From Moniliella sp. 'wahieum' (Eukaryota): a stretch of 60,333 nucleotides of DNA. The stretch is from NCBI GenBank assembly GCA_003971905.1, contig RSEE01000082.1:248001-308333 (forward strand), given 5' to 3'. Below are positions 12,101 to 24,088 of the stretch, piece by piece (positions within the stretch are counted from its first letter, which is position 1; each line of letters begins with the position of its first letter). A program made the position numbers and the translations under genes. Below the pieces are notes generated by a model, which saw nothing but the letters and a program-made list of their open reading frames with translations, was not told the origin of the DNA and searched no databases.

Positions 12101-12558
12101 CATCTGGATGCCTACTGATGGTGTACGGTGTGCCGGTGTCGTGGCGATCCATTCTTCAGCCGAAGAGCGTTACCAGTACCGCCGCCGCCGAATATACGGC
12201 AGGATATGATGGACTGGTTGACGCCAACTATGTCAAGAACATCATGATCGAGCTTGGGGCCATCGGCGAGGGTACACCCATTCATTGGTATTGCGACAAT
12301 AAGTCTGTCGTCGATCTCGCCCACAAATTTGGCAGCACCGGCAAGCTCCGAGAGCTGAAGATCCGGTACCACAATGTACGGCAACACGTGGACTCGGGCG
12401 AGGCCATACTTGTACACATCCCCGGCGAAAGGAACCCAGCGGACGTCCTCACCAAGCCTCTCGGCCGTCCCGCCCTGACAAGCCATCTTGCTCAACTCCG
12501 CGTCGAGGAGATGGATCCAGTCCACATGACTGGGCCCTCCGGTCAGCGGGGGTGTTGA
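9114..12558 (+). CDS. pol: Copia Pol (protease, integrase, RT, RNase H); one frameshift near 10575
   Basis: PR LYDSGA; IN HKRWNH...CPTC, HVD, RTDNAPE, NGVAER; RT DVNAAYLNA, KSLYGLHQSG, HTDD; RNase H YTDSD, TAAAEY, CDNKS, NPADVLTK. Confidence 0.95.
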
Positions 12559-12711
12559 CATCCGTCCTAGGACCGCGCGGACCCTGAGTCACGTGAGTCA
12601 GCTTTCATTCCTTCCGAGCTCGCACCAGTCTTCTGGACGAGTCAGTCGCAGAAGCTTCTTAGTCAATACGACGTTCAGTGCTCACATTCTGTGGTAGTAG
12701 CGAGGCCGACA
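12553..12711 (+). repeat. 3' LTR of the copia element
   Basis: Direct repeat of 7654-7813; the pol stop codon lies within its first bases. Confidence 0.97.
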
Positions 12712-15700
12712 CTGGGGTCATTGGTACATAAGTGCATAAGTGCTTTTGGTTACGAATAGCAAGGAACATATGAACGTTGAACAGGCCAACCTGCCAGCAA
12801 ACGTCAAACATCAGTACTCGCATCAGCGTCGTGACATGTCACACGCCACGCGCGTCACCTATCTCATTTCCAAGCGCAGGTGGGCAGTGCTGCGCAACCC
12901 TTCGAGTCCGACCCACGTCTGGCAGTTGAACACTGACCGGTGATGCGTTGAATTGACGTTTAACGCTAACGTGGAACGTGGAACGCTTACCGGGTACCAT
13001 TGCCATTGCCATTGCCAATTCCAATCGCATTCACATGCGTTGTGAAAGAAAAGGCCAGGGCGCAGAATTCGTGGCGTGAAACATGTACCAGGGCGTAACC
13101 GGGTAAACTCGAAAATCGATCATCGATCATCGATCATCGACAACCACGTCCGCCACCCCCTCTCCCCATTCTCCACCCCCGAGGCGCGGCCAATTACTTC
13201 GAGCTGCAAGGTGCAAGCTGCAAGCTGCAAGCTCCAATATTCTAACAACACTCAAATGTGCGGTGCACGATGCTGTTGGCGGGGGCGGGGGGTCGCAGGT
13301 GGAGTATCTGGCCAGGCAGCAATGAATGGAATGGCTGTCCTTTTGGGGTACTGTACTTTAGCCTCTCCACTTGTAATGGGCGACAATTTGTTAGATTAGC
13401 CTGGCAGTCCTTCCTACCGCGTCTGCTTGATGACCATTATGTCTCCGATCGCCTCTCTTCTCGAGTACTTGACCGGTAACCGGTAACCGGTGACCCGCCT
13501 TGTCGCTCTTCGGCTCTAAGGTCGTTACCGCGTTACCGTCCAAAACGCTTTGTGTGTATCTCCGGATCCCGGTTCCTGTTTCCAAGCGTCGATCAACACA
13601 CACTCTATGCTCGAGTCGGCCTCCAGTCGAGAGAGGCGCAGAAAAGGGCCCAGAGGGTGTCGGGCTTAAATTGTCAGATCTCAGATCTCAGATCTTACAG
13701 GGAGATTCTCATATCTCAGACTTCTGCTGAGATATATAGCGCCTACAAGGCTGGCGCTGATGACCTATCGGGCTGCATTCCATACATACTGTCAGCGCGT
13801 CTAGGATCTCAGCGCTTCAGCGCACCGCCTCAGCCAACTTATATTACCGTCCCGCCACATGGTCGGTTCAACGTTCAACGTTCAACGTCATCAACGTTAT
13901 TGATTATCGATTATCATGCATCACGTATTAGCGTTTCACGTTGAACGACGTTGGAATCTGGGACCAGAAAGCTCTGACTGAACTGAGCGTTTGCTGAGCA
14001 GCCCGAGCAGGGCTGGGCGCTCTGGCTCAGCACATCCAATATCCACCATGCGCAAGGAAGAGCGCGAAATGCACCGCGCACCGCCAAGCTGGGACAGGAG
14101 CATGAAGCACATCATGTGAGATGTGACATGTGACATGTGACAGGGGGCTTGTTGACATTGACATGCGACATGCGACTGACAGGATGGGACTCGCATGGCG
14201 GGTGACGGTCATCTGTGACATATGACGTGTGGCATACGATACCTGGTGCAGAATGCGGTATAGTCGGGAGAAAAGGAGGAATGGGCTGGTAGGAAACAAA
14301 AGCGCCCTGCAAACTGCAAGAATCATGGGTCGATCATCGATCATTCAAACAAAAATGCATCTTCTCGTGTGCGGCCGTTGGGACAGCGCCACCTCAGGCA
14401 TCTTAGATCTTAATCTTACCCTCAGGATGAGGCTGAGCTGAGCGGCTGAGGAGCGCTGAGCTGGACCGAGATTGATACGCCTCTGAGATCTGAGATCTCT
14501 GAGATCTGATGGCGTGTCACTGTGACATGTGACAGCGCGGGGGGACGGTGAGACGTGGAAGGATGCGGATGGCACATCTTCCCGTCACGCGCCAGCGCGT
14601 CAGTATTCAATGCTTGTCACATGTCAACGTCAGCAACGTGCAACGTGCATGTCACCGTCAACGCGTCACCAGCCACACTAACGCACAGACGCATAATGCC
14701 ATCCACCGATCAGCCAGGATCATGCAGTACGTCAGTTCCTCGGTTCAGCGTTCAGCGACGCTCAGTGCATTCAGCACATTTAGTCCTCAGTTACTAGTTA
14801 CTAGGTACTAGTCACTCGGTATGGAGCGGGTCAGCGTAGGACGTTCAACGTTCAAGCTCCAAGGTTCCTCCGCGTCTACGTTTTTGCGTTCGACGTATAC
14901 GTTCAGCGCATGCAATTGAGCATGTTGATCGCGATGATGCATGCTGGATGTTATCGATCATCAAGCTTCGAATGGATCCAGTTGAGTTACCGATTATCGA
15001 TTATCGCAGTCGCTAATCGAGGCTTTTTGTTCACCGTGTTCGATTCATACGTACGGCAACACCATACGGTCCATCCGTGCTCGCCGTTCGCAGTAATACT
15101 CTTCGTACTCAGCTTGAAGGCTGAGTGTCACATGTCACAACGTCATGCGTCACGCGTCAAAGCGCTATGCCACATGCACATATTCACATGACCCGTCACA
15201 CGTTGACACACAATGTCAACATGTCAATCGCGTCACCGGTTCAAGCGTTCGACGTTCACCAAAAATGTCACCCACAAATGGGTTCGCTGGGGCGCTGGGG
15301 CTGCTGGGGCGCTGCAGCCTGGGGCTGTGGTGGTGGGGGTACGTATTCCCGACACCAATCATCCATCATCGATCATCGATCATCGACCACCCCATGCAGC
15401 GTGCTATCAATATATCAATTCAGGACAGCAGCTGAATCACCCGGCATCATGCGTCATGCATGCTGCACAGGCAATGCGAATAGCATGAAACCAAACACAA
15501 CCGAGACAGCAGTGCACCGGGCAGTGTCGAGACAAGCTGCATGCCCCCCCCCCCCCGGCCGGTTGTGAGACACGGGCTGTGCAGCTGCCAGCCCCGATTG
15601 CCAGCTGCTCGGCTGAAACTCTGGCAACAAATTTGCACGGCACCCATATATATCTACCCACCCCATTCTTGCCCCACATCCTCCATCTTCCCTGTTGCGC

Positions 15701-16017
15701 CCCGCCCCACCCCCGTCCCTCCACCCACCATCTCTGTCCACTCGTCTTTCTTCAGCCGACCGCTCTGCCGCTGCGCTGCACGCCCCCCCATCTCGCTCTA
15801 CCTTGGACCTATGACACCTGTGGTATCTCTTGCAGTGCGTTTCAGCCCCGGTCGCGCAAGCCCCCCTTCTTTCTCCGGCTAACGTTTCTCTGCCTTTACT
15901 GCCGCTGCCATATTCTTTCTTTTTTCACGCCAGGCCACGCCCGCTCCCCACAAGTCCGTTTATTGTCGACGCCGCCGGTCCCCGTCACGCTCCCTCACCC
16001 CCCACCCTTTTGCCCGG

Positions 16018-17481
16018 ATGACCATGCCTGCTCCCAAAGACACTGCCAGCCGCTTTGCCCCGCCTTGGCAGTCACTCGGCACCCCTTCTACTGTTCCGCA
16101 TCGTCCCCGCCTGCCCCACGGGCCGATCAAATTGGCAGGGTCCGACTCCCCCCCACGCCTCTCTCATCGGCACGTGGACCCAACCTTGCCAACCAAGGGG
16201 AATTCATTGGCCAGAGCGAGCGTTCCCCCCCGCGCTTGCCTGGGATCTCCTACATTGACCAATTCTTGCCTTCCAACTACTTTAGCCAGCGCCCCTCTGA
16301 GGCCGACATGGTCCGGGCCGAATCCGAGTCGACTGCGCCGGACGAGAACGGGCGGTCGCTCGCTCCTTTGCCGCTGCCTTCTCGCTCTTCCTCCGAGGCG
16401 AGATGGGAAGGGCAAGGGTTAGGTCGCTGGGGGCAAGGGGGGGAAGCCATTCTTGCCCAACTTACCCTCTCGCACCAGCTCCAGTTCGAATGGATCGACT
16501 ACCAACCCTCCACCATCAACGTACCTTACTTGCTCTTCTCCCGAAACCACCACCACACAATCACAAGCCACTACGCCGCAGCCACCCCGGCCTCCTCTCG
16601 CCCCTCACTCACTCATCTTGCACCCCCTCTAGACTGGGGCGCGGTGAGATTCCTCCCTACGCTCCAGGTCGTACGCTACCCCCTCTCTCTTCTTCTTCTT
16701 CTTCTTCGGCTTCTGCCTCTGCCTCTGGTGCGCGGTATTACCCTACGCCATCGTACGACCGATTCAGAGGCGCCTCTCATGAAGCAGGCTACACACGTCG
16801 ATTGTCCGAGACGAGCTATGGGGCGCGCTCGATGCGAGGGGTGTACTACCCCGTGTCACCCTATGGCGGCGAAGCTGGCTCTGGCTACGCATCCAAGGAA
16901 GGCGGTGCCTACCCCGATGCGGCCCATGGTCCCACCCCTCACCCTGCTTCTTCTGTAAGACAAGCATCCTCTTCGCCGCCCTCGTCGGCTCGGTATTCCC
17001 TCGGCGTCGACTTGGGCGTCAGCACACGACACCACCCCTACTTTCGTCCCGCTAGCCCGGCCCGACCACGACGACGCAGCGAGCATCTGTTGTCGACGTG
17101 CATGGACGATGCTGGCTTGCCGGCTCCGGGGGCGGCAGGGACCGAGGTCCCACCTACCCCCACCCCTGGTTCCTGGCCTCCCGTCGGCCCCACCTCCATC
17201 TCGGTCTCGGCCTCGGTCTCCCCCGTGGGTACGGGTGCGGGCGTAGGAGCTCCGCGGCACGCGCCCTCCAAGCGGCGCGGCAAGTTGCCCAAGAAGTGAC
17301 GGACTTTTTGCGCACTTGGCTGCTGGACCATGTGGATCACCCTTACCCCACCGAGGAAGAGAAACGCCAGTTGTGCGAGGCGACGCACCTGTCGATGAAC
17401 CAGATCTCCAATTGGTTTATCAATGCGCGCCGGCGCATCCTCACCCCCATTGAGCCGAGCGCGTCGGGCGAACAGGCTTGA
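16018..17481 (+). CDS. TALE/KN-class homeodomain transcription factor (Cup9/Tos8/TGIF-like); start uncertain
   Basis: [57 protein letters not shown], with the PYP TALE loop; 1-bp frameshift near 17293. Confidence 0.9.
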
Positions 17482-18670
17482 AGCTTGATCTATCTAAATC
17501 TTCTACGACGAGCCACTCGTGCGTCTGTGGACCTGTTCCTCTAGCATCTGTTTTTGTCATCTCAGTCCAGCACCCAACATCTCCCGCTCTCAGATCTCTT
17601 GCCCGGCGGTTAATACTATGAGAGAGGGACCAGTGGCCGAATGCGCACACACACGGTTGGTAGCGCCATGCGAGGGTAGAGGGAGGGATGCGGTTCGGGT
17701 GGGTTCGGATGGCCGAGGAGGGCGAGAACAGAGGCGGTGGAGATGGAGATGGTGGCGACGGACGACAGTAGGGTTGCGGGGCCAGGCCTGCCTGAGGGGC
17801 GGGCGGGACGGGGGGTGCGACAGGCGAAGATTAATTACAGTACACGTCCACAGCGGGTGGAGAGAGTGGGGTGACATTGGCAATGGTACGGCTGGCAGCC
17901 GCTGCGCCTGGTGTGGGTGCGCCTGCGACTGGACGCAGTGGTGCTTACGCCCCCCCGCGAGTCAGTAGCACGGCGCACCGTGCGGGCGCTGTGGTTCATG
18001 CAATGCCCGCGTGGGACCAGCCCCGCCTTTGCGTAGGCGCGCTGTCTCGCAAGCTGCCGTCGTCCAAGTCTGCAGACCAGCTGCGGCTCAGGGGCTTTGG
18101 TAGCCTGTGCTGGCCCCGCAATCCAGATGCCAGCGTCCTGCGTTGCTCCACGCGTCTCCTGGCGCCCTGCCCGCTCCACTCGCCCCCCACTAGCCACTCC
18201 TGACGTCACTGCCCCCCCTGGCTGGGCTCTCCGACAGGGCGTGGGCAACACCGGCCTCCGGCGCACGACTGGCGCCGACGGAGAGGGCCCGCTGCTTCCG
18301 CTCGCCCGCCTCGGCCCGTGGTGAAGCTTGAAGCTTGAAGGTTGCGTGGAGGGCCCATCGACCATCCCTCTTCCGCGGTGAGACGCAGGCGGGGCATCCA
18401 GATGCCGACGTTTCAGCCCACTACGCACACGTACCAGCCCCCCCCGGCGCTCTCCCCCAACGCGAACCCCTCTCCCCAATCTTATCGATCATCCTACTGT
18501 ACGCGGTATGCCTCCCAGCCGCCGCGCTCTGCTCCCTCCGCCACTTTCACACACCCTCCCTTCTGCCCCGCATTGGCCCCACACCCACTCTATAAGCGCC
18601 TGCGACCGACCCCCAGCACATGGCCAGCACACGACGCACCGCCTTCTCTCTGCTCTCTCCCTCCATCACC

Positions 18671-21518
18671 ATGCGCAACGAGATCAAGCAACTCGTCGAC
18701 GTGCCTCTCGGCGACGGCTATGCCGGTCCGTCCCTCTTTTCTTCTTCCCTCTCCCTCTCGCATCCCATTCTGACCCATGTGCTGTGCTGGCCAACACAGG
18801 AAACCTCACGCGCCGCAACAGGACACCCAGCTGCGGCAGCTATGGGCCGCGTACTTTGACTGGGTCGCCAAGGCGTCCGGTTCGGGCGAGAAGGCCGGCA
18901 CAGCAGCTACGACAACCCTAGCTGATCCCGATGGCTCTGCGCCCAAGGGAGCCGCCAAATCCGACGAGGAGAACGAGGCGGCAAAGATCTTGCAGGAACG
19001 CAAGAACCTCGAGGCGCTGGTGGACACGTATGGGCCCGAGGCAATCCGACGCTCGCTCTGGGAGTTTATCCAGATGGACAATCCCGATGCTGCTGTGCTC
19101 CGGTTCATGCGCGCGCGCAAGTGGGACAACCACCGTGCCATGGGCATGCTGGCCGGCTGCCTCAAGTGGCGCCTGGACAATGACGTCCAAGGATTGGTCT
19201 CCAACGGCGATTTGGGTAACAGCAAGACCATCCCCAAGTTTCTCGAACAGCAGACAGCGCTCAAAACGTACGCCATGGGCACGGCCATCAAGGCTGAACC
19301 CATCATCTACATTCATGTCGGTCGGCACTTTACCAAGGGCCAGCCCACCGACTCCATGAACAAGTTTGTTATCTTTGTCATGGAACCGTTCGCACCCTCA
19401 TGGTACCCCCCTGGCGACAAGGTTTGCATTATCTTCTCGCTAAAGGACTTTGGCATCAAAAAGTACGGTTGAACCCTCTCTCCTCCAGTCGCTCCGCTCC
19501 GCTCCCCTCTTCCTTTCTTTGGTCTTGCCATCTTCTTGGCTCGCCTGGATCGGACCCTGAAAACGACTGACAATTGTTCCCTCCGCAGTATGGATTGGCA
19601 CTGCATTCTGTTTATTGTACAGTGTCTCGAGGCGTTTTACCCCGAGTGCTTGCGGGTCATGTAGTGCAAAACGCACCTTGGATTTTCTCTGGTATCTGGC
19701 GCATCCTTTCCCCTATGCTGGACCCGTTGTGCGCTCCAAAATCAAGTTTGTCCGCACTGTCGCCGACGTTAGTGATAACATCCCTCCCGAACGCTACATC
19801 TCCGTCTTGGGCGGCAAAAAAACAAGAGTTTCAATTCGTTATGCCCAAGCCGGATGAGAACGACAAGATTCACGATACCAAGGTCAAGCCTGGGTTGGTG
19901 AAACGCTACGACGATTTGTCGCATGCGTTTGAGCAAGCGACGAAACGCTGGATCGAGACCGAGGGAAAAGTACGTCCATCATTCTCTTGGTGGTGCAGTG
20001 GTGGGAGGCGTAGCTAACGTATTCTGCAATCGTACTTACTTTATTTCCCTTTGCCTGTGTAGCGCTCGGTGGTGGAAGAACGGGCGCTGCTGTTCCGCAA
20101 ACTGCGCGTGGCCTACTTTGAGATGGAACCGTACGTCCGTGGTGGCAACCCCTACACTCGCACTGGCGTTAAGGACTCGTATGGCCGAGTGTGCTGGACG
20201 TACGTGATTGATGGGGTGGTGCGCAAACACTTGGTAGGGCGCGGCCAATGCCCCGGCGTTGCGCCGCGAAATTTACGAGATGCAAGTCTTGCACCACCCT
20301 GTGGACCAGGTGGTTGCGAAGAGCAAAGCGGCGGAGAATGCGCGGGATTGGGTGGGCCTCTATGGTGACCCAGCAATTGCTGCCGAGGTGGAGGGCGAAG
20401 ATGAAGTGCCTGACATGGAGACCCCCGCGTGTTGACTGGTCGAGATGGACTTCACAGCTGTCCCAGGCACTGAATCTGACGCGACAGACCACCGTCTCGC
20501 ACCGAGGTAGCCCACAAGCGCACAACGCACACTAAGAAGAGTCATCGTCGGTCCCATAAAAGCACCACTCTGTCTCCTCTCCTCCTGCCACTCCCGCTCA
20601 CAAGCCCGTGTCCGACTGGACCGAGACGGACGATCGACTCACCTCGGAATCTGTTTCGTCTGAAGCGCATCAGCATGGCTTGAGCTGAGTCCTCTACACC
20701 GTCCCCACTGACGGTGGCTTGACCGACCCTTCAACCAAGTCCGCTCTCCCGTCCCGCCAGCGCAGTGGTAAACTCAAGCCCAAGCAAAAGGACCCCAAAA
20801 AGGCGACACAGTCCTCGTTCCAAAACGGCGACAGCTCAGACGAAGATGTGTTTCACGATGCGTTGGAGCCCGACGAGGCTTCGATGGCAATGGCACGCAA
20901 GTAGCTGGCAACGTTGGAGGGCGCCTTGGCCGAATCCAAGTCCCGGTCGCGCTCCATCAGCATAGAACGTGGGCCCGTGGACCGAGCGTGTTTGATGAGC
21001 CCCAACCCCCGAATCACACCACCAAACCGCTTCTCGCAAACATCGTTCCTACGTTTGCAGCGCATGCCTATCACGACCCTGTCGACTCGATTCGTGCCGT
21101 GTCGGGACGGCGGGATCGGCCCCCAGCTGGGATGGTGTTTTCCGTCAGGCGAGGCGAGTGGACGCGTACTCTGGCCCCGGGGGTACTACATTCGGGCCGT
21201 TCCGGCCGCTCTGTTCGTTCTGCTCTCTCTGGTCGGTCGGGCCGGTCGGAACGGTCGGAACCTACAGTATGGGTATGGGGCGTACACCAACTACACTACA
21301 ATCCCGGTCCCTCTTTCTCTTCTTCTGGGGACGAGCGCGTGGGCAAGGGGTCCGGTCGTCAGGCTGCCTCGTCAAGGGGGCTACGCATGAGCAGCAGCAG
21401 CTATGCCTGGCGACCGACGAGGATTCTAACTTTGGCCCCCACCACCCAACAAGCACGGCCGTCGCGGAGGCAGCATTCGTCGTGCAAGCACCTGTTTACC
21501 GCAGAAGTAAGTGGGTAG
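18671..21518 (+). CDS. CSR1: Sec14/CRAL-TRIO lipid transfer protein (Csr1/Sfh2-like) with a long low-complexity C-terminal tail; 3' end uncertain
   Basis: DNPDAAVLRFMRARKWD, FSLKDFGIK.MDW, EAFYPE, NAPWIFSGIWRILSPMLDPVVRSKIKF; introns at ~18726-18799, ~19463-19588, ~19970-20061. Confidence 0.8.
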
Positions 21519-23479
21519 GGGCAGGTCTTTGACCCACCATCTCATCCACCGGCTTGTGTTGTGTCGAGAATGCTTCTCGACAACCCACACCCTTCTGCCT
21601 CCTCTTCTCTTATCCGCAATCTCCGTGTCGTGCTTACGATCTTCTCATTTTCTCTCTTGACGACCCCAATGCTCGTACGAACTCACAGCAGCTTGTTTTG
21701 CATGGCTACGACAATACACCTTCTGATATCCTACCTGTGATGCTGATGCCCTTTTTCAAACTGTGTTCCCTGTGGCCCTTGACGCACCATTTTCCATTTT
21801 CCATTTCCTCTGGCCTGCTGCGTGGTTGTCCCGCTTCTCTCTGCCGTCAGGTTTCTTTCTATTACCAGTTGTCCCCCCGCGACCACACTCTCTCGTTTGG
21901 TTGGACCGAGCCCCCATTGGGCTTTGAGCGCGCGTTGCAGCTTCCATCGTTAGTTTGGTACACAATCGATCGGCTTCCCACCCACAGCAGATGGATATCA
22001 CGGAGGATACATGCAGGATTGGAGAGCAGACGGCTACTGCGGACCCTGTGCGTGCTTGGAACATCAGAACGCAATCAATCGATCGGTGCGACGACCGAGA
22101 GGCAGGTTACCAACGTTGAACGTTCCAGTTGAACTGCAATGCGGATGGCTACGTTCTGGGACCTAGGCGGCCCGAGCTGCAATGCAATGAATGTTGAAGC
22201 TTGAAGCTCGAAGCTCGAAGCTTGCTGTCCAACCGACCCGGACCAGCGGGCGGGAGGGCGGCTGGTGCGCCCACGCGCTCCCACCACCCTCTTGTCTTCT
22301 CGTCCTGTCTGGTGTGGTGTGGTGTGGTGGGTCTCTGGTCTGGCCTCGTCTTCTGGGTCGATGGCCATGCCCCGTCCCGTGCCGCCCAGCGACGGACCTC
22401 CAGCGTCTCCCTCGCGCCTGCCCACAAGCGCAAAGCTCGCGCCGCGCCTCCTCACCGTGCTCTCGGGCCTGTGGCGCCGCCCTGCGTCGCCACCAGCCCG
22501 GCCAGTGCCCAACCCGCCGACGTCGATGCTCGTACGCAGCCCCACCCACATTATGCCCTCCCCACGTCGGCGCCGCAAGCTCGGCCGCGCCTGCCCTCTT
22601 TCTCCGCCCTGCGTCCTGGCCCAGCGCTGCCCCCGCCCGCTCTGCCCACACTCACCGTCCCGCCGGCATCCCTCTGGCCCTCGCCCAGCACGCCTCGCCG
22701 GCCACGTTCTCTCTCCAGCGCACGCCGCCACATGCATGCCGCTCCGGCAGACCAGCGCGCCTGCCTCCCCGTCCCCACGGCGCAGCTCCCTCTGCCCCCG
22801 CCTGGCCCCGCACCCAGTGCTCCCTTGCCCATCCCGCCCTCTGCGCGCCCAACACACGCCGTGCCCACTACCCAGCCGACCAAGGCGTATCTGCCTTGCT
22901 CCCCGTCGTCCGCGTGCCACCGGACTTGGACCAACAACTGGAGGAACGGCCCATGTCCAGAGAGTCCTCTGTCATTCCCTCGTCGCCCAAGCGGAGGGCC
23001 ACGCTGTGTTCCTGTGCTGCGCATTCCGCGAATCGGGTTCTGTTGCTCGGCAATCCTTCGTTTCCGTTGCGCACGAAGGACTGGGGCTAGGCATCCGACT
23101 GGGACGAGAACGGGGCGCAGCGGGAGTTGGATGGGGCATCTGTACGGACGACGATGGCATTTCTCTCCACTCGGCTCGATCGAACCCCAACCAATCCTCC
23201 TCATCGTCCCCTTCCCATTCGCCTTTGTCGTCATTGTCTCCCTCGCTCCCTCGCTCTGTCCCGCCTCTACCTCGTCATCACACAGTCCCTCTACCCCTCG
23301 TTCGATACCGCACACTTACTTCACCCTCATTCCCACCCGCTCTGACTACTTCTCGTTTTTCCTCAGATCACGCCTCCTCCTGCCCCCTTCCTCTTGCCCA
23401 CACAGACACTTGTCACTCCCGCCCAGGGCATCGCGACCACAGCCCCACTTCCGCAAGGACCGGCCTTCCCCCGCCCACC

Positions 23480-24088
23480 ATGCCCGTGCCACAGAAGAGT
23501 GATGGTTCCTTCCCCTCCCCTCCTCCGGTTGTGCTCGGCGGTGGGGACCGGACTCCATCCCATTCCAGCGTGAGGGGAGGCGGTCCCGGTTCCCACTCTA
23601 GCCAAGGGAGAAGAGGCACTCCCTGGCCCCTTCTTCACCTTGTCGCACGATGGAGACAGCACATCCCCAACGTATTCCGAAAGGCACCAAGCGAATGCAG
23701 ACTACCCCCAGTCTTCCCGGGGAGGAGGGAGCGGGCTGCTGCGACCGCCATCACCGAATGGGGCGGTCCCTTGCCTCCATCCCCTCGTGGTAGAGATGGA
23801 AACGGCACCCGCTCTTCCGCATACCACACTCTTTACTTGGACGACGAGGACGTGGACACCCGAACGAGTACACAGTGCATCACTTCTTGCTTCTCGGCCG
23901 AGCCGGAGCCCGTCGGTACGAACGTCTACCAAGCGCACCTTGCGTACCAATTCGCCCACTCGCAGCGGTCGCCGCCAGTCCACCTGGTCCTTTCAACGGA
24001 GGAAGTGATGCCCCCGCGCGACCTTCCATCACGTTTTCCCCGCTTGAAGCGGGCGGGAAGCTCCCCGCTCCCTTCCGCGCTGGGGTAA
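23480..24088 (+). CDS. Hypothetical protein exon
   Basis: ATG-initiated open frame (MPVPQKSDG...) ending at a GTAAGT donor; no recognisable domain. Confidence 0.35.
   Translation: MPVPQKSDGSFPSPPPVVLGGGDRTPSHSSVRGGGPGSHSSQGRRGTPWPLLHLVARWRQHIPNVFRKAPSECRLPPVFPGRRERAAATAITEWGGPLPPSPRGRDGNGTRSSAYHTLYLDDEDVDTRTSTQCITSCFSAEPEPVGTNVYQAHLAYQFAHSQRSPPVHLVLSTEEVMPPRDLPSRFPRLKRAGSSPLPSALG

Larger units (their letters stand above)
7654..12711 (+). mobile_element. Full-length Ty1/copia LTR retrotransposon
   Basis: LTRs at 7654-7813 and 12553-12711 (TGTTG...GACA; one 1-bp indel seen between them); TSD CTGGG; domain order gag-PR-IN-RT-RNaseH; purine-rich tract before the 3' LTR. Confidence 0.97.

Noticed and set aside
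16403..17481. Mating-type (bE/bW) homeodomain locus
   Set aside because: C-terminal Cup9/Tos8-type domain with WFINARRR and no divergent HD2 partner gene
22075..23500. Long overlapping ORFs in several frames
   Set aside because: Expected in very GC-rich, low-complexity DNA; no recognisable domain
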